From Octopus sinensis (lineage: Eukaryota), in contig NC_043000.1 of NCBI RefSeq assembly GCF_006345805.1, positions 153,078,001-153,142,000 on the forward strand: 64,000 nucleotides of DNA, in the 5' to 3' direction. The notes beneath the pieces were generated by a model. The model made no database searches, was not told the DNA's origin, and saw only the letters and a program-made list of their open reading frames with translations. A program made the position numbers and the translations under genes. Below, in pieces: positions 54,270-64,000 of the stretch (position 1 is the stretch's first letter; each line of letters starts with the position of its first letter).

Positions 54270-54770
54270 AATGCTATAAAGAAAAGCAAACCGTGATGGT
54301 CCGCTGGAGGACTTTCGTTCTCAGCCATCTGGACTACTGCTCCCAACTGTAGTCACCAAACAGTGTAAAATAATGACGGAACTCGAGGCAATCCAGTGAA
54401 GCTAAAGAAGGAAGAACGATACAGTGCGACGTATCAGTTACTGCGAGAAACTGAAAGAGTTACAACTCTACTCCATGGATCGAAGGCGGGAAAATATGCA
54501 ATAATATAAATCTGGAAAAGCCTAGAAAAACTTGTTACAAACTTTGGCATTATCACAAACACAAACAGAAGGACGGGGCGTTGCTGCATGGTATCAAAGG
54601 TCCCAACATTGCCATCAGAATACAGGACCAGATACTGCAACAACTTGGGCTTCAAAGGCTCTTCAATATCTTCCCACAAAGCCCGAGAGACATGCATGAC
54701 GTGAATGTAAGATTTTTCAAAACTAAACTAGAGTTCCGGATGAACCTACTTCTATGCGAGAAATACAGAT
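54270..54770 (+). mobile_element. CR1/L2-group LINE 3' fragment
   Basis: FVLSHLDYCSQL, ELEAIQ, KLKELQLYSMDRRRE, NTNRRTGRCC and RLFNIFP. Confidence 0.85.
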
Positions 54771-55160
54771 GATAGCAGCAAAGTCAAACTCCTTTATCCA
54801 CTAAATGTCACATATTAGAGGATGTGTAGTGAAAGTGTAGCAAAGTAAACGGCGGTGCCCTAACACGGCCTCAGTTCTTCGACAGAAACTTAGAGAGAAT
54901 AAAACAAAAAGCAAATATATATATGAAGATATAGGCCAGAAGAAAACACCTCTATCGTCCACATGAAATCTGACAGTCATTTATGATATGTTTCTCAGAA
55001 GGATAAAACTCTCACATTTACATGAAAGTTAACAGCCATTTCTTATTTATGTTCAATACAATCTAAGTGAATAACGTTCAATATTCATAGTACAATTTTG
55101 GCAGTTTTTTCAACCCAGTAGATGAAGGGTGTTTCTGCTAGTACATATATATGATATATG

Positions 55161-55192
<32 letters not shown>

Positions 55193-55584
55193 CTAGCAGT
55201 ATCGCCCGGCGTTGCTCGGGTTTGTAAGGGAAATAACTATATAAGCATTTTTAGAGATGTAAAGTATAATAGCCATCTCAATATGGCTAACCACAAAGGG
55301 GGGGTACTGTAGCTTTTTACGTTCTGAGATTTAATAATAAATTTTTAGAGAGTTACTTCCCTTATATATGCCAAAAATGCATTAAAAATGGGAAAAATTG
55401 ATGGTAATGTTTTTTTAAATCGTAGACTCATCGTAGACGCGCGCTAATACCCAGAAGGGCTCGATATGAATCACGACTATAAGATACCCGGTTTTGGTTA
55501 AACTGCCCCGCAAAATGTGGGAGTAGTTAGGAATCTAAATCGTAGGAGACAGACAGCACACAACCTTACTTTTATATATAAAGA
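55193..55584 (-). mobile_element. Non-autonomous Helitron, subfamily 2, containing a MITE-like fragment
   Basis: A|TC...CTAG|T with subterminal hairpin. 55270-55314 matches the MITE TIR at 16226-16272. Confidence 0.85.
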
Positions 55585-55593
55585 TATATATAC

Positions 55594-55626
<33 letters not shown>

Positions 55627-55627
55627 A

Positions 55628-55704
<77 letters not shown>

Positions 55705-56142
55705 TATGTATGTATGTATAAAGAGATAGATAAACAGATAGATACAAAAGCTATACATTCAAACAGGCTCGTACACCTTACGTTATATAACTATTTCATT
55801 ATTTCGCTTACGTATTCATACAGCAAACCATACATATGGCCACGCATTTAAACATACATAAATCTATGCGCGCATGTGGTTGAGGTTTGTGTCATTTTAT
55901 TTGTGGTGGGGGATATGCATCTATGTAAAATATGTATGTGTATAAAAGCAACAGGCATCATCTTGTCTTCCTAAAAGAAAAAAAAGCCCACACAAATCAA
56001 AGCGACAGCAGCGACAAGATAACGGCGCATACATATTTGTATATTCACACGCACATACACACACACACACACACACATTCATACTTACACGTATTTATAC
56101 GTATATATAAGTGAGTGTTTGTAAAGCATACATTCGCATATG

Positions 56143-56183
<41 letters not shown>

Positions 56184-56579
56184 TATATGTATATATAACT
56201 GTGTATACACAGACACACATATTTGATACAAGTATGGCAAAGAAGATAGAGAATTTATGTGGCGCAACGAAAGATGAGGTTGTTGGGTGGGCAAGTTCTA
56301 GAAAACAAAGCTGTTGTTGTAACAATACTAATTAAATATGACAAGGTAGATATATACAGGGCAGCAGACACGTCTCTGATAAATCCTGCCTGGTAGTTTA
56401 GATAATAGTAAAAGTAAGAACATAATAAAACAAACACAATCTAAACCCAAACAACAATAACAACAACAAAGTTTTATAACAATGACAGTAACAACAATAG
56501 CATTGATGACGACAGCAAGATAATTATGCATATATATATATATATATATATATAAATATATATATATGCAACATACATA

Positions 56580-56757
56580 TAGACGCAGGAGTGGCTGTGG
56601 AGTAAGTAGCTTGCTTACCAACCACATTGCTTACCAACCACCTTGGGCATGTATCTTCTACTATAGCCTCCGGCCGACCAGACTCTTGTGAGGGGATTTG
56701 GTAGACGGAAACTGAAAGACGCCCGTCGTATATATATATATAATATATATATATATA

Positions 56758-56790
<33 letters not shown>

Positions 56791-56810
56791 GTGTGTGTGT
56801 GTATCTCTAG
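56580..56810 (+). mobile_element. SINE family A, 5' half (rearranged)
   Basis: Head and core with a small internal duplication/deletion. Confidence 0.8.
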
Positions 56811-56811
56811 C

Positions 56812-56990
56812 CACTAAACCTTTTTAATTTCTCTCTGTTTATTTCTGTGTTCCTTTCTGTTGAAGAGCGTAGGCTCGAAACATAAAGACTTTCTTACTTC
56901 TCGAGCGTTAAACTAATACATCTGTTTGTTGTTTACACACCCATCTTCGTCATTTGTTTTGCTTGGTTTTTTTTTGTCTTTTTTGGTAAA
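56812..56990 (+). mobile_element. Short hammerhead-like cassette, family Z
   Basis: ttt-CTGTTGA-a-gagc(gtag)gctc-GAAA-cataaa at about 56854-56886. A6 is replaced by U. Confidence 0.55.
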
Positions 56991-57029
56991 TTCTGACTAT
57001 GTATAAAAGATGTATGTATAAAAGATCGA

Positions 57030-57394
57030 GGTAGAAATACCACAGAATTAAATCTAAGACAATTCAATTTAAGAAGGAATTTAATAAAAATGATTTTAAA
57101 AATTATATAAAGAAAATATTATCGGTTTCGATGATTAAATTCATCTCATCAAATATCAGTAAAAATTTATAAATATTTGGAGTAAAAACAGTTTATATTC
57201 TCTCTGGGGGCCGAAAACATGTCCGGAGATTTTTCGTTGAATTCTTCTTTAAATATAGTTGAGTATGGAGTTCAAAGTGTTGGAGAGTAAGTGAGGGGTG
57301 TAGCTGTCTATTGTCTAAAAGAAATCTTTATGGTTTCCTGCCAAGAGAGTGGCTTAAAAGCATTTATTGAATGGGTTTATGTCCACCTGTGTGT

Positions 57395-57432
<38 letters not shown>

Positions 57433-57792
57433 ATTGTGTTGACTGCCCTTTCAATATGTTTGGAATGTGACTAGCTGTGTGTTGATGGTTGTGTATGTTG
57501 TGATGAATGTCTTGTTGAAGAAAGAATTAGGATTTTCCATTGGGTTAGATGTCTTCTTTTGAGTGTCTCCACCTGTGTGTAGTTGTGCGGTCACCAGCTG
57601 TGTATGTGTGTGTGAGAGAGTGTATGTGCGTGTGAGTGTATTTTTTGCGATGTTTCCTTTTGGGTGTATGTTTGTGTATATGTGTGTTTGTGTGTGATGA
57701 GATTCATCATCGAAACCGGTTATATTTTCTTTATATAATTTTTAAAATCATTTTTATTGAATTCCTCAAATTGAAATGTCTTAGATTTACTT
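57030..57792 (+). mobile_element. 5'-truncated PLE (family W) with inverted pseudo-LTR segment at its 5' side
   Basis: CLKEIFMV..HLLN (GIY-YIG C-terminus remnant, about 57300-57372), then a 3' UTR with a hammerhead-like core at 57694-57722. Inverted, more diverged copy at about 57050-57160. Confidence 0.65.
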
Positions 57793-57875
57793 CTGTGACG
57801 TTTCCATCTCCATCTTTTATATATAAAAATTTGATTTCTGTAGATCTCTAATCTTTTTTCCACCTATATATATAT

Positions 57876-57926
<51 letters not shown>

Positions 57927-57928
<2 letters not shown>

Positions 57929-58329
57929 TCCTTTTACGCTTTTACTCTTTTACTTGTTTCAGTCATTTGACTGCGGCCATGCTGGAGCACCGCCTTTTAG
58001 TCGAGCAAATCGACCCCGGGACTTATTCTTTTGTAAGCCCAGTACTTATTCTATCGGTCTCTTTTGCCAAACCGCTAGGTGACGGGGACGTAAACACACC
58101 AGCATCGGTTGTCAAGCAATGCTAGGGGAACAAACACAGACACACAAACACATACACACGCACTTATATACATATACATATATACGACAGGCTTCTTTCA
58201 CTTTCCGTCTACCAAATCCACTCAAAAGGCATTGGTCGGCCCGGGGCTATAGCAGAAGACACTTGCCCAAGATGCCACGCAGTGGGACTGAACCCGGAAC
58301 CATGTGGTTGGTTAGCAAGCTACTTACCA
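57927..58329 (-). mobile_element. SINE family A, nearly full length
   Basis: Reverse complement of family A, lacking the first ~25 nt. Confidence 0.9.
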
Positions 58330-58584
58330 TATATATATATATATGGGTGGCTTGTTAGCAATTTTTCAACCGAAAGGAAAAATATATACAACACTAAGGC
58401 AACCGAGGGCGCTATTCAGCACCAGTATTGCTAGAAATAAGAGTCAAAACAACCAGTGGCCCGACAACAAAATTTTCTTCGGTGGTGCAAACTCAGGTCC
58501 AATTTTTTTTACGTAAAATGTGGATTTTTTCAATGTTAACATTAAAAGAAATGCTGGTATAATAATAAGTTTTATTATTATTAT

Positions 58585-59075
58585 GGTCGACTGAAATGTT
58601 CATAGATTGAGCAAGACAGTCTCATGGAATACGACCAAATGAAGTTCATTTTTTTAACGTAGTTCCTCTTACTGTGCACACACCTCCATATGTAGTCGCA
58701 GTGCTTGGATCGCACTGGTGAAGAAGCTATTTTGGTCAAAGAAGTCATCAACGGCAGATAAGACGTCATCATCCCAGCGATACTGGTGCCCAGCCGAGTG
58801 TTTTTTTTCATGTTAAGAGACAGATGATAATCTGATGGGACCAAATCACTAGCATAGGATGGGTGATCAACCAGTTCAAATCCAGTCACGCACAGCATCC
58901 ATAGAAAGCAAGGACTTGTGTGTTGAAGCATTGTCCTAATGAAATAAGAAGCCATTCATCAGTTTTTCTGGGCGCTTGGTCTTGATAGCTTTTCATAACT
59001 GGCTTAGCAAATTGGCATTGAGATTTCCATTGATAGTGTGACCATTTTGAAGATAGTCAATAAACACAATATTTT
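58585..59075 (-). mobile_element. Mariner transposase C-terminal fragment
   Basis: IDYLQNGHTING, FLFH*DNASTH and DHPSYASDLVPSDYHL. Confidence 0.8.
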
Positions 59076-59584
59076 TTTGCATGAATGTATACTATATATA
59101 ATAATGTGAAGTATATTTTGTATATTAAAATATTTAATCTCGGAAATGTATTAAGTGAAGCAAACATAAGCAGTAAAAATACAAATTGCAAATATTTCAA
59201 GCATCGGTTGTCAAGGGATGTTGGGGGGACAAACACACACACACACACACACACACACCACACACACACACACATATATATATATATCAAGCAGCACCTG
59301 CATGCGAAAACATTTAAATACTTCCATGCATATAGTGAATAGGTCAGTATCCACTACACGAAGGGGAGGTGACTGAGTTTAAGGGGTGAATGTCAGGACA
59401 ATATTTAGTTTGACTTTCGACTGCTCATAGATATTCTTACTTGCTTAAATGTCTCTTTTTTTATAAACATTAGCAACACTTATAGGACATAGTAACTTCC
59501 ATATAACTAAAACTAAATTAACAAGTCCACCTTTCATATAAACTTCTGAAGTATATATGACAGAATTCAATTAATTGAATTAAA

Positions 59585-59965
59585 TCTCTCTCTATATAAA
59601 CGGCAGTTTGTCTGTGCGTTTTCTGTGTGTCTGTTTTCTCGTACCCTCACTCTGACCACGGCTTTCAACCGATTCTGATGAAACTTGACACACACATAGC
59701 CCAATGTCATAATTCAAAACTAACGCAGCGAAAATTTTGAAAAGTTCCCCCAGTTCTGAAAAAAATCGATAAATTCGACATGGGGTCGAGAATCAGAAAC
59801 CCAAACCACAGACCGTCTAGGGGACGCAACTCCACATTTTTAACTCTCAAAAAAATTTACCATCATTTTTTTCCATTTTTTTGCTATTTTTTGGCTATAA
59901 CTCTCTAAAAATGCTGTATAGTTATTTCCCTTACAAACCTGAGCAACGCCGGGCGATACTGCTAG
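59585..59965 (+). mobile_element. Non-autonomous Helitron, subfamily 1
   Basis: A|TC...hairpin...CTAG|T. Homologous to 23627-23994. Confidence 0.88.
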
Positions 59966-60455
59966 TTTACTTATATTTAATCTCTTTTAATACATCGATA
60001 AGGTTGTATCAAAACACTTATATACTTTGACATAATTTAGTGTAGAGAAATCTGTTTTGTTTTGCAACTAAATTTTATAAGTAAATTTTATAAGTAAATA
60101 TAAGTAACTAATCATATTGATTTTCAACATTTCCTCTTCACTTTATTGCAGGTTAAATATGCAACTCCACATTCTTCACTGAGCAGAAACTCGTGTTGGT
60201 CATTTAAACCAACTATGATGTGTAAGTAACTGTTAAAATTAAAAGAAAAATATTGAAGATATACCAGATTCCGTAATCTTTGTAATTATATATATGTGTG
60301 TGTGTGTATGCGTGTGTATACATAATATATATATATATATATTATATATATATTATATATATATATATATAATAAAATATTAGGGAATAAATCCAAACTT
60401 ACAGGGAAAAATCAGATTTAGGATTGAATCCAATTTTATAGTAAAATATTATATA

Positions 60456-60801
60456 ATATTAAATTAGAGATAAAACCACTATTAGGCAAATCAAACAATG
60501 AAAAACTTAAGCCAATACATAAAATTAATTTATATTATTTTAAATATATATCAAAAGTATTAAAAGTTTAATAAAAGATAATGAGTAAAACAATTACCTG
60601 AAGATTGACTGTAACCATAACTCGAATTATTACGAATTGGACAGCCATGAAACGATCGTAGTGTTTTACTCATTATCTTTTATTAAACTTTTAATACTTT
60701 TGATATATATTTAAAATAATATAAATTAACTAATTTTATGTATTGGCTTAAGTTTTTCATTGTTTGATTTGCCTAATAGTGGTTTTATCTCTAATTTAAT
60801 A

Positions 60802-60802
<1 letters not shown>
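60456..60802. repeat. Foldback with ~137-141 bp arms (60456-60592 / 60662-60802) and a hammerhead in the loop
   Basis: Arms nearly perfectly complementary, with one 4-bp indel. Confidence 0.95.
60591..60667 (+). ncRNA. Type I hammerhead ribozyme motif
   Basis: CUGAAGA 60598-60604; stem II ugacugu/acagcca; GAAA 60649-60652; stem III A-C(GAUC)G-U; predicted cleavage after GUA (60660). Stem I runs into the foldback arms. Confidence 0.7.
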
Positions 60803-60839
<37 letters not shown>

Positions 60840-61752
60840 CATATATGTGTGTGCACGTGTGTGAGTGTGTGTGTGTGTGCGTGTGTGTATGTGTATAGTT
60901 ACATAGAAATGTATTTTTTTTTATCGTTCTTATCAAACATTATACTTTAAAATAGTAATTGGAATATCATGTTCGTTTGTCAAAATTATGACTTTCACAC
61001 AACTGTAGAAATTCCCAATGACCAAATTCCCAATATGACCAAATGTCATAGTCAAAAGTCAATAAAACTTTGAAAATACTAGCGTTCGCTTCTTCGGCCG
61101 GAGAAAAATAAAATTTTATAACCGATATTCAAAATTGCTCACTTATATCTCTTTGTTAGATCGTCCAAATAATGTCTACAGCCTTTAAGTGTACTGGAAT
61201 TCTATACACGATATGAATTATAGCTTTTTTGACTTTTCATAAGTCAGCTTGAGCATTTCCTCTCAATGAAGGTACTTCACGACCTTGCGACACTTTAAAT
61301 CCGTATTGTGATTTATAATTTTTGGGAATTAATGTCAATTTCTAAAGCTTGTTAATTAAAAAATTGGGATATTTCAAGCTGTGTTAATTAAGAATGTTCG
61401 GGTTGTATGTGTGCGTATATCTATGTGTGTATGTGCGTGCGTGCGTATCTGTGTGTGAGTTTGCACGCGCACGTGCGTGTGCGTGCGTGTGTGCGTATGT
61501 GTGCGCGCGTATTTGTGCGTGCGTGCGCGTATAATATATATGTATATAACATATATAATACATGCATTCTTTTATGTATGTATGTGTGTGTGTGCGTGTG
61601 TATATATATATATATATACATGTATGTCTATATACGTACATACATACATTTTTCCCGTGTGTTCAGGACATGATTCTGCATATATGTATGTGCACAGTAT
61701 CTAACGGTAATAGGACTATACGTACATATACATTCATTTGTACACACCCATG

Positions 61753-61822
<70 letters not shown>

Positions 61823-62082
61823 TGTATGTGTGTGAGTGTGTATTTGTATTTGCATTTGCATGATTGTGAATTTTGTATGTATAGATATATATATCACTTA
61901 TGATCATTCTGATATGCCACTGGAATGAACGGGTGCCACTGAAAACAACTTCGCTTTAGCGTTTTGCATTCGGGTTAAGTTAACCTTGCATACCTCATGC
62001 CTTATCCATTTCTAACTATATGCCTTCATATATGTCTGTGCGTTTAGATACGTATACATTAACACACATGCATTCATAATAT

Positions 62083-62142
<60 letters not shown>

Positions 62143-62154
62143 TGTGTATATATA

Positions 62155-63060
62155 TCAACTCACAACCCTATAAAACAATTAGGCATATTGTACAAAAATC
62201 TGCCTATGTTCACTAGAGATCTAAAAATGAACAATATTCTGAAAACACATAAATTCATCAAACGCAAAAGGCAAAACAAACCGCTAAAAAGACTTCTAAC
62301 AAATGCGAAGCTTTACACAACAACCACGAAACCAACGGTTAAAAAATGTGGAAACCTTAACTGTGGAACATGACCCAACCTATTGGGAGGCTCGGAATTC
62401 ATATTCAAACAAGGAGAGAGGTTCACAATTAAATCCAACTTCACTTGACCTTCCGAGAATCTAATTTATGTTATAACTTGCTCAGTTTGTGGACATAACT
62501 ATATAGGAGAGACAAGTATGACATTGAGACGGAGAAACACACTACATAAGGAACAGATCCGGTTCCCGCAATACAGACAGATTCCTTTCAGTGAACACAT
62601 AGAGAGATGTGCAGGTAATATCCAACCAAACTTCACAGTTTTCTCCATCTACCAGTGCAAAGAAATAATTTTGATAAAAGAACGTTTAAATAAAGAAAAT
62701 TTGTTCATTGAACAAATACAGAACACGTCTAAATATGAACTCATAACCAAGTTTGATCTCAGTATATATTTTAATTCATGATCACATGCCCATCACTGTA
62801 CATATTTCTTCTCACTGCTTTAACTTTCAAGATTTTGTGTATATTTAGTTCTTCCGCAAAAGATGAAAAATTATCTCACTTGTCCTCAATAATAACGATC
62901 ACTAATTACCTTTCCTTAGATTTTTCTACATGTTGAATCATTCATTCATAAACTTCTCCACACGCACCATGGGCTAAAATCTTCTTAAGAAAATAGTAAA
63001 TTACAATAATTTCAATGTCATGATTAGCGAAAGCGAAATCGGTCGACAAACACAATATAA
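62155..63060 (+). mobile_element. Penelope-like element 3' relic: GIY-YIG endonuclease plus 3' UTR
   Basis: KKCGNLNCGT*...IKSNFT*PSENLIYVITCSVCGHNYIGETSMTLRRRNTLHKEQI. Degenerate hammerhead at 63016-63048. Confidence 0.88.
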
Positions 63061-63256
63061 AGTATATTAAAAATATATCAAAACTATGTAAATTCCTTCT
63101 TTTATTTTATGAATATTTTTACATTACGACTCACCACGAGGGAATAATCGAAATTCTCTCCTTTGTGTTTGGGAACAATAGCCATATGAGAATTTACAAT
63201 ATATATATGTGTGTGTGTGTGTGTGTCTGTGTATGTATATATGTATGTATGGCATG

Positions 63257-63319
<63 letters not shown>

Positions 63320-64000
63320 TCAAAATATTCAATGAGAATACAATATACTGAATTAAGAATAAGTGCTCTTCGTAGGGAAACACACACACACACATATATA
63401 TATTTATATACATAGCAGAGATATCTTCGCAAATTATGTTTTCGTGAATTATTTACTCCGTATTAAAATATATACATAGGTATATATATTTCATATATTT
63501 GATATAAAATATTTATAATATACATCCATATGTATGCTCCTACCTTTCTGCACCTGTTTGTGAAATGTTTGCAAATATTATTTGCAAATATGTTTGTGTA
63601 ATATGTTTGTAAATATTATTTCATACTCAGTAATTCTAGATAGAATCCCACATTTTAGACAGAGTAAATATTTATTATATTAGTAATAGTTCCAGCATTC
63701 ACCTACACAGGTTTATTCCCTGGTCCGTGGAGAAATCATACACAGCCCTGGGTTGTTGGATGATTGACTTAGCCGTCGACTTCATATGTCGTGATATGTT
63801 ATGATGTTAACTTACGCTTTCTGGTGCTCACATGATTACGGTCTACAAAAATTCATTTGCGCACGTGATTACGTTTAATATGGTTCAATAATTCTGTTAA
63901 CATTAAACAGGAAATACTTGTTCCCGTGGCAGCATTTAGAAATTAGATTTGTCTTTCTACTGAAGGTGTCTGTTGTATTGACTGGTAAAAATAAAATTCA

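Noticed and set aside
61400-61530. Alternating purine-pyrimidine tract with Z-DNA potential
   Set aside because: Such tracts are ubiquitous in this window, and nothing specific is supported.
757-63413. Numerous ORF-track entries rich in [16 protein letters not shown] or IHPS
   Set aside because: They are translations of (TA)n, (CA)n, (TACA)n, (TATC)n and (CATC)n microsatellites and of SINE bodies, not genes.

Overview
AT-rich, microsatellite-dense eukaryotic DNA, most likely from an octopus (inferred from the SINE families and the density of (TA)n/(TATG)n/(CA)n tracts). No intact protein-coding gene was found, and nearly all ORF-track entries are microsatellite artefacts. The window is a mosaic of mobile elements: four tRNA-derived SINE families (about 20 copies), CR1, RTE and R4-like LINE relics, Penelope-like element (PLE) RT and GIY-YIG relics, three mariner copies, one Tc1/Tc3-like element, one hAT relic, a long-TIR MITE and four non-autonomous Helitrons. 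The main signal is about a dozen minimal type I hammerhead-ribozyme-like cores (CUGANGA-stem II-GAAA-short palindromic stem III-UH) in several unrelated short families. Some lie 3' of PLE GIY-YIG relics and some are built into foldbacks: one essentially complete hammerhead in the loop of an inverted repeat with ~140 bp arms (60456-60802), and two back-to-back cores in a perfect 126 bp palindrome (15945-16070). Other points: a 5'-inverted (twin-priming-like) RTE insertion with TSD, a MITE fragment inside a Helitron, and a duplicated candidate 30-nt micro-exon that could splice in frame to a candidate terminal exon with a transmembrane segment. All alignments and folds were done by eye.
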